The notes under the pieces were generated by a model. That model ran no database searches. It was not told the origin of the DNA and saw only the letters and a program-made list of their open reading frames with translations. Shown in pieces: positions 36,339 to 48,313 of a DNA stretch of 64,000 bases. Position 1 is the first letter of the stretch, and every line of letters starts with the position of its first letter. The stretch is from Macrostomum lignano (taxonomy: Eukaryota). The stretch lies in the NCBI GenBank assembly GCA_002269645.1, contig NIVC01002775.1, positions 77,445-141,444 of the forward strand, given 5' to 3'. Made by a program: the position numbers and the translations under genes.

Positions 36339-39300
36339 CTAGCAATCTAGTGCGGCCCCCCTTCGGGGCGCCCAATAAGAAAGGAGCAAAAATAGTTCAT
36401 GGAAAACAATAAAAAAACACATTTTCTTAAACACTAATTCCTTCTTCACATTTTAAAAATCACCTTATTCGTGTAAAATTGTCACGGACTAAGATGTTTG
36501 CAAAATTAAAAAATCACTTTTTCTCTAAAATTAACAAACAGTCAACAAAATATCGTTTCACTAAATAGAAAATATTCCCAAGACAGCAAGCAACCCCCTC
36601 CAAAAGTGAACAATCGCAGATAGCAAGCATCCTCTAATGCTCATAGCAAGAATCACCACAGATAGCAAGCATCTGCAGATTAGCAAGCACCCCCCAGATA
36701 TTATAGAAGCATCCACCCAGATAGCAAGCATCCACTCAGATAGCAAGCATCCACTCAGATAGCAAGCATTCTGCAGATATCAAGCACCCCCAGATATTAT
36801 AGAAGCATCCTGCAGATAGCAAGCACCCCCCAGATATTATAGAAGCATCCACCCAGATAGCAAGCATCCTGCAGATAGCAAGAATCCCTAAATAGCAAGC
36901 ATCCTGCAGATAGCAAGAATCCCTGAATAGCAAGCATCCTGCAGATAGCAAGAATCCCTAAATAGCAAGCATCCTGCAGATAGCAAGAATCCCTGAATAG
37001 CAAGCATCCCTGGATAGAAAGAATCCCATGCATGTAGCCAGTACCCCCTCTCCCAAATAGCAAGTATCCCCCCTCGAGAGCAAGCATCCACGAGACAGCA
37101 AGTAGCTAGTGCAAATGTTACTTCCGCTAATGCAATAATCGCTTTCTCAGGTTGTGCAACAATCCACGTCTCAGCGAGCGCAATAATCTCTTTTTTAGAC
37201 AGCGCAGTAATCAGCTTCTCAGCTAGTGCAATAATCCTTAGTTTATTAATAGCAATAATCCTTGATTAATCAAGTGCAATAATCCTTGGTTTATCAAGTG
37301 CAATAATCCTTGGTTTATCAAGTGCAGTAATCTTTGGCTTATCAAGTGCAATAATCCTTGGTTTATCAAGTGCAATAATCCTTTGTTTATCAAGTGCAAT
37401 AATGCTTGGTTTATCAAGTGCAATAATCCTTGGTTTATTAAGTGCAATAATCCTTGGTTTATCAAGTGCAATAATCCTTGGTTTATCTAGCGCAGTAATC
37501 CTTGGCTTATCAGGTGCAATAATCCTTGGTTTATCAAGTGCAATATTTGTTTATCAAGTGCAATAATCCTTGGTTTATCAAGTGAAATAATCCTTGGTTT
37601 ATCAAGTGCAATAATCCTTGGCTTATCAACTGCAATAATCCTTGGTTTATCAAGCGCAGTAATCTTTGGCCTATCAAGTGCAATAATCCTTGGTTTATCA
37701 AGTGCAGTAATCCTTGGCCTATCAAGTGCAATAATCCTTGGTTTATCAAGTGCAATAATCCTTGGTTTATCAAGTGCAATAATCCTTGGTTTATCAAGTG
37801 CAATAATCCTTGGCTTATCAACTGCAATAATCCTTGGTTTATCAAGTGCAATAGTCCTTGGTTTATCAAGCGCAGTAATCCTTGGCCTATCAAGTGCAAT
37901 AATCCTTGGCTTATCAAGTGCAATAATCCTTGGTTTATCAAGTGCAATAATCCTTGGTTTATCAAGTGCAGTAATCCTTGGCCTATCAAGTGCAATAATC
38001 CTTGGTTTGCCAAGAGCAATAATCCTTAGTTTATCGAGTGCAGTAATCCTTAGTTTTCCAAGTGCAGTAATCCTTGGTTTATTAAGAGCAATAATCCTTG
38101 GCTTATCGAGTGCAGTAATCCTTGGTTTGCCAAGAGCAATAATCCTTGGTTTATCAAGTGCAATAATCCTTGGTTTATCAAGTGCAGTAATCCTTGGCCT
38201 ATCAAGTGCAATAATCCTTGGTTTGCCAAGAGCAATAATCCTTAGTTTATCGAGTGCAGTAATCCTTAGTTTTCCAAGTGCAGTAATCCTTGGTTTATTA
38301 AGAGCAATAATCCTTGGCTTATCGAGTGCAGTAATCCTTGGTTTGCCAAGAGCAATAATCCTTGGTTTATCAAGTGCAATAATCCTTGGTTTATCAAGCG
38401 CAGTAATCTTTGGCCTATCAAGTGCAATAATCCTTGGTTTATCAAGTGCAATAATCCTTGGTTTATCAAGTGCAATAATCTTTGGTTTATCAGATGCAAT
38501 AATCCTTGGCTTATCAACTGCAATAATCCTTGGTTTATCAAGCGCAGTAATCTTTGGCCTATCAAGTGCAATAATCCTTGGTTTATCAAGTGCAGTAATC
38601 CTTGGCCTATCAAGTGCAATAATCCTTGGTTTATCAAGTGCAATAGTCTTTGGTTTATCGAGTGCAGTAATCCTTAGTTTTCCAAGTGCAGTAATCCTTG
38701 GTTTATTAAGAGCAATAATCCTTGGTTTATCGAGTGCAGTAGTCCTTGGTTTATTAATATCAATAATCCTTGAATAATCCAGTGCATTAATCCTTGGCTT
38801 ATCAAGTGCAACATTCTTTACTATCAAGTGCAATAATCCATGGCTTATCAAGTGCAATAATCCTTGGCTTATCAAGTGCAATAATCCTTGGTTTATCAAG
38901 TGCAATAATCCTTTGTTTATCAAGTGCAATAATCCTTTGTTTATCAAGTGCAATAATCCTTTGTTTATCAAGTGCAATAATCCTTGGTTTATCAAGCGCA
39001 GTAATCCTTGGCTTATCAAGTGCAATAATCCTTGGCTTATCAAGTGCAATAATCCTTGGTTTATCAAGCGCAGTAATCTTTGGCCTATCAAGTGCAATAG
39101 TCCTTGGTTTATCAAGTGCAGTAATCCTTGGTTTTCCAAGTGCAATAATCCTTGGCTTCTTGAGTGCAGTAATCCTTGGTTTGCCAAGAGCAATAGTCCT
39201 TGGTTTATCGAGTGCAGTAATCCTTGGTTTTCCAAGTGCAGTAATCCTTGGTTTATTAATAGCAATAATCCTTGGCTTCTTGAGTGCAGTAATCCTTGGT

Positions 39301-40368
39301 TTTCCAAGTGCAGTAATCCTTGGTTTATTAATAGCAATAATCCTTGGCTTCTTGAGTGCAGTAATCCTTGGTTTGCCAAGAGCAATAGTCCTTGGTTTAT
39401 CGAGTGCATTAATCCTTGGTTTTCCAAGTGCAATAATTCTTGGCTTCTTGAGTGCAGTAATCCTTGGTTTGCCAAGAGCAATAGTCCTTGGTTTATCGAG
39501 TGCAGTAATCCTTGGTTTTCCAAGTGCCGTAATCCTTGGTTTATTAATAGCAATAATCCTTGATTAATCAAGTGCAGTAATCTTTGGTTTGCCAAGAGCA
39601 ATAGTCCTTGGTTTATCGAGTGCAGTAGTCCTTGGTTTATTAATAGCAATAATCCTTGGCTTATCGAGTGCAGTAATCTAAGTGTTTTTATTTAGTCCTT
39701 TAATTTAATAAAACCTTTTAATAAAAAATTTTACACTACTACTTTTAAACTACTTAGATTCGAACCTAGGTCGCTGCATTAGCAGTCTGGTCTGTTCAGC
39801 TCTAGGCTAGCTCTCATCGAAGTTATCAGTGATGTTGTACCACTTATATAATTCAACACTCACACCAAGTCAGGTAGAGTAAAAAGTCTCACGAAGCAGT
39901 TATGACATAATCAATTTCTTAGGCAAGTCAGTACCAGTGTCTATGAAAGTTTACAATATGGTTACGTAATATAAATTCAGTACTGCGCTATGCTTTCACA
40001 CTCAAAGCTGTGACGCAATTCAATTGAGTGTCAAATTCAGCCAGTACACAGACGATAAATAAAGTGTATTGTGATGCAATCTATTTCAGAATCAGAATTC
40101 AACCAGTCAGTTTTTCTGCTAGCATTCTTACGATGCATTTCAAGTCGAAAGAGCTGCTTGACCTTTGCAAAAAAGCATGTTTTTCGAATATTTAATCCCT
40201 TTAGCATCAAGCAATTTCTTAGCCACGATGCATGTACTGTCACGGGAAAATTTCTGATCGAACAGTGCAAGTTCGAAGAAAATCGGTTGAGCCGTTTTTG
40301 CTAAAATCGATCACACACACACACATACACAAACACACATACCGACAGACCATTTTTAGTATATAGGA
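36339..40368 (-). mobile_element. Non-autonomous Helitron 2 (same family, joined head-to-tail to Helitron 1)
   Basis: Preceded by A on the minus strand, starts TCctatatactaaaaatg, ends with a GC hairpin (about 36354-36369) then attgCTAG. About 600 bp at the 5' end is homologous to 35770-36338. Confidence 0.8.
37120..39680. repeat. 24-bp satellite (agtgcaataatccttggtttatca) inside Helitron 2
   Basis: About 2.5 kb. The 720-aa and other long ORFs here (SAIILGLS, DKPRIIAL, INQGLLHL) are in-frame repeat artefacts. Confidence 0.96.
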
Positions 40369-41493
40369 TGTCTCTTAGTCTCTAATTCTTTGGCATCTGT
40401 GAAATTCAACCCGTATGTTTTTAGTATCAAAAAGACAATGTACAATAGTATATGATTTTTATATGCCCCATATTCTCTCTCCTCTCTTCCCCATTTTTTC
40501 TTAAATTGCTCGCTCATACCTTTCAGTCTAGCCGCTAGCGGGAACGAGCCCTATGCAGGCCTGGTCCTGTTGTCTGCTATTGGTCTGTGCAAGGACTTGT
40601 AGATCTAGCAGGTTCTAGTTCTAGATCTCTAAGGTCTGTTTAATGATTAATGATTAATAATAATGATTAATTATTATTCAATAATAATAATAATAATATA
40701 ATGATAATAATTATTAGTGATTAAAGATTCAGTTTAATGTTACCATGTTAGTTTCGGCCTAGTGAAAGAGGCTGCTAAAATGATTTTCGGCAAAGTGAAG
40801 TTTCGGCCTAGTGAAAGAGGCTGCTAAAATGATTTTCGGCAAAGTGAAGTTTCGGCCTAGTGAAAGAGGCTACATGCTAAAATGATTTTTCGGCGTAGTG
40901 AAGTTTCGTCCTTATGAAAGAGCGTGCTAGTCATTTCGGCCTAGTAAAGTTTCGGCCTAGTGAAAGAGGCTGCTAAAATGATTTTTGGCAAAGTGAAGTT
41001 TCGGCCTAGTGAAAGAGGCTACATGCTAAAATGATTTTTCGGCGTAGTGAAGTTTCGTCCTTATGAAAGAGCGTGCTATAGTCATTTCGGCAAAGTGAAG
41101 TTTCGTCCTTATGAAAGAGCGTGCTAGTCATTTCGGCCTAGTGAAGTTTCGGCCTAGTGAAAGAGGCTGCTAAAATGATTTTTCGGCAAAGTGAAGTTTC
41201 GGCCTAGTGAAGTTTCGGCCTTGTGAAGGAAGATGCTTTCGGCAAAGTTAAATTTCGGCCTAGTAAACCCCCCGCCGAATAGAAGGGACGCTGCTGGGAC
41301 TAAGATCGCATTGGCCATGCAGGGACAGAGAGGACTTCTGCAGGGGGTTCTTGCGCTGGCGAGCCTTTATACACTGCTGAATGCACTATTTCATTACCAA
41401 ATTCCCAGAAGTACATTCACAAGTACACGTAACTGTACGCTTTTGGCACTAAATGTGTTAACGTGTCGACAGATAGCGATGATGTAGGCGTAT

Positions 41494-42537
41494 TGTCACT
41501 TTCGGAGACCTTTAGACTAGCATTTAACTCATCTTAGCCGCTTAGCTGCCTGGGACCGCGCGAAAGCACCAGTCTGGCACTTAATTTGCATGCTTATCAT
41601 GATTTCTTAAATCGACTGATTGACTGGGAACTGTGCTCCTTCTGGTCCACCGTGACCCCTGCCTCTAGATTTAGCTACTCATCTCAGCCGGCATTGCGAA
41701 AAAGAAAGAAAACGCTAAGTCTTTAACTTCCAGATTTAACTTTCTCACTTAATCCGCAATCCTAAACACCTTAAATTGAGTCAGAGCGAATGGCTACTTT
41801 TAGTATTAACTGACACTTCTGCCTCGAGTTTGACACACAAAAGCAAGTAATCAAAAGTGCAAATCCTATCAGACTACTTAGGAAGGGCGCACCCAGTTAA
41901 GCAGGTCAAGAAAGCCTCTCACCCGACCAATCAGAGGACCTAACTGCCGGTAGCCAAGAGATCCGCAGAGACCGAAGCGCTCGGATGGGATGCTGCTGCC
42001 GATCTTAACTGACGAGTGCCGCCGTTACTCTTCACTTGCCGGTTGCTGTTGAAGCTCTTTGTTCACGGCCGGGAGGTACTGGTGATGCCTCTCAATGGGA
42101 ACTTAGCTGTTGAAGCCGAAACTGCCGTGGACCGGAGGCCGAAGAGGCAGCAGAAGCCGAAGGGGATTAGATTGGCAGGACCGGCCAAGGCCAAGGTCAG
42201 GGCGTGCCAGAAGGTAGGGGGATGCCGGGAACCTCGAACAGGCCTTTCCGAGCGCGGGTCGAGTTGACGCCTTTGATAACTTTCACGCGGCCGATTTGTT
42301 ATAACGCACGACGAATTTTCTGATTGGCTGAGAGCTTTTGTTAAAATAGACGCCGAATTTTCTGATTGGTCGAGCCGGGGGCAGTCAGGTCGACTCTGAT
42401 TGGCTGAGCTCGAGACCCCAAAACCCACCCCATTAGGTGGCCTTCGGACCCCAGGGAAGCTGGCAGGTGCGGTCATAAATCATGTGCAAAACATAATAAA
42501 AGTCACTTGTCTAGACATCCTGGCGCCAAAAGTGACA
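41494..42537 (-). mobile_element. LTR-like element (TGT...ACA, 12-bp imperfect terminal inverted repeats, clustered CCAAT boxes)
   Basis: Left end tgtcactttcgg versus reverse-complemented right end tgtcacttttgg (11/12). Minus-strand CCAATCAG at about 42400, 42365 and 42325, then TTATAA. No TSD, PBS or PPT found. Confidence 0.45.
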
Positions 42538-42669
42538 GCAAAACGCCCATAAATCAAAGGCATTCCTCCCAGACTTAGTGTCGCCCGTCTAGACTGTTAG
42601 AGGTCAATCCGCCTCAGACCCAGACAGCCTGACCTTCAAAGATGCGTAAACAATCCAAAATTAGAATCC

Positions 42670-43170
42670 TAAGAGAAGCACATTGAGATTAGAGAAGAGA
42701 GGGGAGAAGATGAGAGGAGAAAGGAGAGGAGAGAAGAGAGAATGGAAAGGAGAGAGAAGAGAGAAGAGGGAGACAGGAGATGATAGAAAGGAGAGAAAAA
42801 AGATGGGATATAAGAAAGGAGAGGGTGAGAGCATATAGGAGATATGAAAAATAAAAGCAGAGAAAAGAGAGAAAAAGAAGAGAGAGAAATGGTAGAGGAG
42901 AGACGATAGATAAGAGAGTTTGAGAGTTGAGAGAGTACATGAGAGAGGAGAGAGGAGAGAAGAGGGGAGAGAGGAGACAGGAGAGAGTAGACACGAAGGA
43001 CGAAGGAGAAGAGATAAATAAGGGAGTAGAGATGAGAGAGGAGAAAGGAGAGACTAGATATAAGATAGCAAAGAAGAGATAGCAGAGATGAGAGACTAGA
43101 GATGAGAGAGCAGATGAGAGAGGAGAGATAAGAGACTACACTGTAGAGATGAGTGGGCAAAGAGGAGAGC
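42670..43170 (+). repeat. Polypurine (GA-rich) low-complexity tract
   Basis: Almost exclusively A/G on the + strand. Confidence 0.9.
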
Positions 43171-43433
43171 AAAAAGGCTTTACAGAGGATTTGGAGATGA
43201 TTTGGAAGATGGGATTTAAGTCATGGGGTTTCAGCTGATGGATTTCAGGGAATGGAATTCCGGTGATGGGAGTTCTTCCCCTTTCTCCTCCGAAGGAGGC
43301 GTTCGACTCGTAATTAATAGTAATGTCATAAGTTAGTCTAGACGAGAGAATATAGAGAAAATCCTAAGCTAGCCTACTGACAGTAGGGGAAAGGCGCATC
43401 GAAGCAAAATGTGCGGTTTTTAATTTTTATCAT

Positions 43434-43930
43434 CTAACAGCGATGTTAGAGTGGCGCTGATTTGAACTTCGTTTTTGTCTTAGTAGTTGTATACTTCGAA
43501 CGAAATAGAGCAGTTATTTTTATCTTTATTACTAAATATTCCTTATTACCAACTCTATATCGAGAAATACACAACGTTGTAAAGTGCATCCTTTATTTTG
43601 TATTTTTCATTTGGGGCGTTTGGAACACAGCAGATATGTTTGTGAATAAAATCGTCAAGTCAAAAACGGTGCTCGCTTGTCTCAGTCAGAAAGCTCCGTG
43701 CTTGTCTCCTGGCCCAACATGCTGTCTCTGTTCTCTAGGCTTGTATCTTTGGATGTCCTTTTTAAACTTAGTATGACAACAGCCATATTTTACAAATAGC
43801 TTCGTTCGTTATTATTAGCCGAATAATGCAAACAACTTTCTATACATGCTTCGGACCAACTATTGATGTGTGACAATTATACTGTCATTGGGATTCGTAA
43901 GTGGCAACGCAACAGGCACTTTTTCAATTT
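43434..43930 (+). pseudogene. Remnant of a gene-A-type SLC26 3' end (last codons, stop and 3' flank)
   Basis: gagtggcgctgatttgaacttcg matches the gene A stop region (about 18652-18675). Homology continues to about 19110. Confidence 0.8.
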
Positions 43931-44408
43931 AGCTTTCCATTGTTAAATAATATCTTCAATCTTATACTCAGCAACATTGAAGGGTCGCCACTCTATGAAT
44001 TTCTCTTCAAGGACTATTCTGAAATCAAAGATGCGAGAAAACTGATCGGGGTCAGGTAGCTTTAATTCGCCAAGCCCTCGCACACCGCCCCCCCACTTTA
44101 TTCCTCAACTCAAGTCTGCACTTTCTTACTCTACTTGAGCAATGAGCAATCGATCACTGTATAATAACTATACTGTATTGTCTGGAAACAAGGGAGTTTG
44201 AGAATGCGATTTTTCGTCCTCAAACAAACATTAGTCCTTGAGTAAATCCCTGAATCGGAGCAAATTTTCGCTTTATTCATTCCAGCTTTATTCGCTTGTC
44301 ACATGTCGAAATAGGAAAGTTTTCATAAATCTACAAACAACTGAAAACTGTTGCTCACTGCTGTCGAGTTGTCAAACTCTATGCAGTGCTCTATGAGCCA
44401 CAATAGTT

Positions 44409-46241
44409 TTATTTGCTTGTCCTGCCCGTCGGACCAATCATCATCGGGTACTTTGTCGCGGAATCGACTCCGCTGACGTCAACAGTGGCGCTGCTGCTGC
44501 CGTATTTGTTGTTAAAACTGACGCTGATCTTTGACCCTCGACGACGAGCATCTCGAGTATCGCCGTCTCCGGGCTGACCTTCACGCCGAGTAGCCATGCA
44601 GCGCGTGACCAGAATGCAAGCCAGCGAATAGCAGAATCCCACAGCCAGGCCGAGAGACACGTCCAGCACGAGGACAGACACAGCGGTCAGTAGCCAAGTG
44701 CTCAAGTCCAGGTACTTGGCTTCACGCCACAGTTTAGGAATATCGGTCACTTGTTTGAACAACCCGACTAAGGACACGACAATAACGGAGGCCAGAGCGC
44801 AGTCGGGAACGGCTTCGAACAACGGGCCAACTGCTAGCACAACCAGTAGCAAGACGAGGCAGCTCACTGCTGATGCCACCTGCGACTTCATGCCCGCTCC
44901 GACCACCACAGCGCATCGAGCCAGCGCGCCAGTAGCGTAGAAGCACTGGAAGAAGCTGCCAAACAGACTGGACGTTCCCAGTACAAAAAGTTCTCCATTG
45001 TAATTAACTTCATAGTCAAACTGCAGGGCGTACATTTTCCCGATAGACAGGGACATGGCCGCGCCGACTAAACTAACAGGCAGGCACGGGAGCAGGACGT
45101 TTGGCATGAAGGAGAAATCCGGTACTAGCGGTAGCGGCAAGCCTCTCGGGACGGTTCCGACTACGTCAACGCCGAAGCGCGACTGCAATTGCAACGCGTG
45201 CGACGCCACCAGCGCCGATAAAATGATGAGCAGTTCAACTGGCAGTGGAACTTTGATGCACTTTTTGACGCGCGGATTCAGGTACTCTTTCATTAAGTAG
45301 AGCGGCACCATGCACGCAACGGAGGTGATTACGGTTGCCCAGTTAGTCGACGCGATGTCGTTAATTATTCCGGTGTAGCTGGCAATCAGTTTAACAAAGT
45401 TGTCGCCACCAGTTGGCTGAACGCCCAGCAGCATCGGCACCTGGCTGGTGAAGATGTGAACAGCTGCGGCTGTTGTAAAGCCGCGAAGCATCGGGTTGGA
45501 GACGTACTTCATCACAAAGCCGAGCTGCAAGGTGCCAAGCGCCATGTTGATTACTGATGCCGCAAAACTGCCTAAAACGGCGACTTGAAGTCTAGCGTAT
45601 TCTTCCACGGTGAGTCCTCCGTAGTACTCATCGGAGTCGCTCGAACAGTCGGCATTTAGATTGATCTCATCAACCTCTGAGTATAAAGAGCAATTACTTA
45701 TGGTGCTGTTAGAGCCCGGAAGCTGGTCCATGTACTGACGATAGGTCGTCCCGATCATGTCCGCTAGCAGCAGCGACGTCAGCGAGAAAGTGCCTAGCGA
45801 TAAGTGACGTGACCTCCCTAGCAGAGAGTAGAGAGCCACGGGTATCAGCGAAGTGTACAGGCCGTTGATGGGTCTTAGACCGGCCAGTAAGCCATAGGCC
45901 AGGCCTTGTGGTATGTGAAAGACGCTCATTGTTAACCCGGCGAGCAGGTCCGACACCAGAGCTTTGCTTGAGTAGCTTCCGCCAGAGATCAGGGAATATA
46001 ACGGGAACAACAGCTGGAACAAGCTCCCGGCTCGGTGCTTCAGCGCTACCATCGTTGGCTCGCTGCAGCATGAGTTGCAGCAATTACTGCAGCGACCGCG
46101 AAACAGCTTCTTACCGAGCAGGCCTCGTCGTCTCGTTGTTGAAGATCCGTACACATGGTGCAAATCGTCCGACAACAATGGAACTGTTTCCGATCGAGTG
46201 CTCTCCAACAGGTCAGCCTCTGATTCAGTTGCCGTTGTCAT
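44409..46241 (-). CDS. SLC26/SulP transporter gene B', intronless, 610 aa, lacking STAS (recent duplicate of gene B)
   Basis: Near-identical to 20415-22250 including the flanks. Canonical GLAYGLLAG and GRSRHLS motifs. Same GRTSK* end. Confidence 0.9.
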   Translation of the reverse strand: MTTATESEADLLESTRSETVPLLSDDLHHVYGSSTTRRRGLLGKKLFRGRCSNCCNSCCSEPTMVALKHRAGSLFQLLFPLYSLISGGSYSSKALVSDLLAGLTMSVFHIPQGLAYGLLAGLRPINGLYTSLIPVALYSLLGRSRHLSLGTFSLTSLLLADMIGTTYRQYMDQLPGSNSTISNCSLYSEVDEINLNADCSSDSDEYYGGLTVEEYARLQVAVLGSFAASVINMALGTLQLGFVMKYVSNPMLRGFTTAAAVHIFTSQVPMLLGVQPTGGDNFVKLIASYTGIINDIASTNWATVITSVACMVPLYLMKEYLNPRVKKCIKVPLPVELLIILSALVASHALQLQSRFGVDVVGTVPRGLPLPLVPDFSFMPNVLLPCLPVSLVGAAMSLSIGKMYALQFDYEVNYNGELFVLGTSSLFGSFFQCFYATGALARCAVVVGAGMKSQVASAVSCLVLLLVVLAVGPLFEAVPDCALASVIVVSLVGLFKQVTDIPKLWREAKYLDLSTWLLTAVSVLVLDVSLGLAVGFCYSLACILVTRCMATRREGQPGDGDTRDARRRGSKISVSFNNKYGSSSATVDVSGVDSATKYPMMIGPTGRTSK

Positions 46242-46933
46242 GATCTCCCCGCGGAGCCTGTCCGACGAAATTCCGTGCTAAAAATGCGACTAAAAATTTT
46301 TTGTGAGCATTAAAAGGAGCTCCTTTCACGCTAAAATAGGTCAAACGAAACGCTTAAGAAAAGAAGCGAAGAGGGGGAGAGAGAGATAGCCATGAGATTC
46401 AAACTGGTTGCAACGCCTATTCCAGACTGATCTTCTTATCAATGTGAGCATTTTGAGCGCGGTTTCTGATTGCACGTTGAGGGAGCGCCTGCCGTTAGTC
46501 TCTTAAAATCTAAAAAGCGGTCTTCTACGACACCAATAGCCGTTGTTAATTGTCTGTACGGTGGGTGTATAACTGGTTTTCAGTTTATTGCACCTACGTA
46601 TTCACTATTTTTACTAAAGTAACTTAATGAATGATCGTAACTTAGTGTACAACTATAGAAGTCGTCTTATCTATAGGTAGGGAAAGTGATTATTATTTCA
46701 GCAGGTAACAGTAGCTAGAGAGACCAGACTAATGTACACCTTTTTAGCGAACACCTGGGCTATTCCCGCACCTGAAAAGCGAGAACACTTGCGTGGTCTT
46801 TGCTGAAAAAGTGAAGCGCGTCTAAAAACTCCGAAGAGTATTTGGTCATCGGCATGCAGTGTAAGTGCTTTTAGTTCTCGCTAACGCATGAAAAATGATC
46901 TTCTAGTTTGGAAATTACTCGACTAAAGCTGAT

Positions 46934-47483
46934 CGCGACTTGGCCTTACTTTCGATCGAAGTCTTCAAGACGCGACTTGGCATTATTTTCGATCGAAGTC
47001 TTCAAGACGCGACTTGGCCTTACTTTCGATCGAAGTCTTCAAGACGCGACTTGGCATTATTTTTGATCGAAGTCTTCAGACGCGACTTGGCCTTACTTTC
47101 GATCGAAGTCTTCAAGTCGCAACTTGGCCTTACTTTCGATCAAAGTCTTCAAGACGCGACTTGTCCTTAGTTTTCGATCTACGTCTTTAAGACATGACTT
47201 GGCCTTACTATTCGATCGAAGTGTTTAAGACATGACTTGGCCTTACTATTCGATCGACATGTTTAAGACACGACTTGGCCTTACTATTCGATCGACGTCT
47301 TCAAGACGCGACTTGTCCTTAGTTTTTGATCTACGTCTTTAAGACATGACTTGGCCTTACTATTCGATCGAAGTGTTTAAGACATGACTTGGCCTTACTA
47401 TTCGATCGACATGTTTAAGACACGACTTGGCCTTACTATTCGATCGAAGTCTTCAAGACACGACTTGGACTTACTATTCGATC
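46934..47483. repeat. 37-38-bp minisatellite (cgacttggccttactattcgatcgaagtcttcaagacg)
   Basis: About 14 copies, plus one isolated unit at about 49190-49240. Confidence 0.93.
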
Positions 47484-47887
47484 GATGTCTTTCGTTGTGT
47501 GTGTGTGCTTTTACATGTACTTTATACATTATTAATATTTTCTGTTCAGCCATAGACATGCTTTGAACGCTCTACAGGTATGAGCTTGAAGCCAGCGATC
47601 GCTATCTAAAAATACACAAGACAGGAAATTCTAAATCCTACTGGAATGACAACTGAAACAGCGGTGAGGACTTTTTATACAAGATAAGGCTTACTGCGAT
47701 TGCCACAGACATGGGATTTTTTTGCCGCATCAACTTAGATTGCCACTAAGAAGAATCATCTTCGTTCGCCTTATTTTGTCTTAGTCTGCTTACAAGCACT
47801 AATATGCCAGATTGACTTTCCTGAAGCCAAGTCTCTGCGTCCTCTGCAGAAGTTTTGCGTCCTCTGCAGAAGTTTTGCGTCCTCTGC

Positions 47888-48313
47888 ATGCCAAATAAAT
47901 GCGCCGTTTTTGGCTGCAAGTCCAGCCGCGAGTCGGCAACGGCACGGTCAGCGAGGATTTCATTCCACAAGTTTCCGAATCGAGACGACCTGCTGGAAAA
48001 ATGGTTAAGGAGCATTTTCCGAGAAGCAACTTTCAAGCCATCGAAGCACACTCGAATTTGCTCTCTTTACTGCACGGAATCAGATTTTATTGCTGAGAAT
48101 CAGGACAGCAATGCATTTCGGAAAAAGAAACAACACGTAGAAGGTGCCAATCTTGTAAAAAGAATATTAAGAGAAGATGCAGTTCCCACCCAATACAGCA
48201 CGACCAGCATGACATCATATTTCACAAAAACTCCACTAGCTTCGCGATCAGGAAACGCATCTTGTCGCAACGGCGTCACGAGATCGATGTCGCACAAGGG
48301 AAACAACAAGTGA
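47888..48313 (+). pseudogene. THAP-domain ORF, probably a decayed THAP transposase or THAP gene
   Basis: MPNKCAVFGC...ISFHKFPNRDDLLEKW...FKPSKHTRICSLY..SDF...KRILREDAVPT. The zinc-ligand His reads Tyr, and the ORF ends soon after the domain. Confidence 0.75.

Larger units (their letters stand above)
32615..41273. mobile_element. Probable foldback/MITE with inverted subterminal arrays (32615-32830 versus 40750-41273), split by the Helitron pair
   Basis: Left units taggccgaaacttcacattgccgaaaatcatttagcagcctctttcac are the reverse complement of right units gtgaaagaggctgctaaaatgattttcggcaaagtgaagtttcggccta. G-run and C-run ends. No TSD found. Confidence 0.6.

Noticed and set aside
37238-39649. 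720-aa and other long ORFs on both strands
   Set aside because: They come from a 24-bp satellite (a multiple of 3) inside a Helitron and are open in several frames. They are not credible proteins.
47551-47570. CATAGAC as the left terminus of a P-like element around the THAP ORF
   Set aside because: No matching inverted end or TSD was found downstream.
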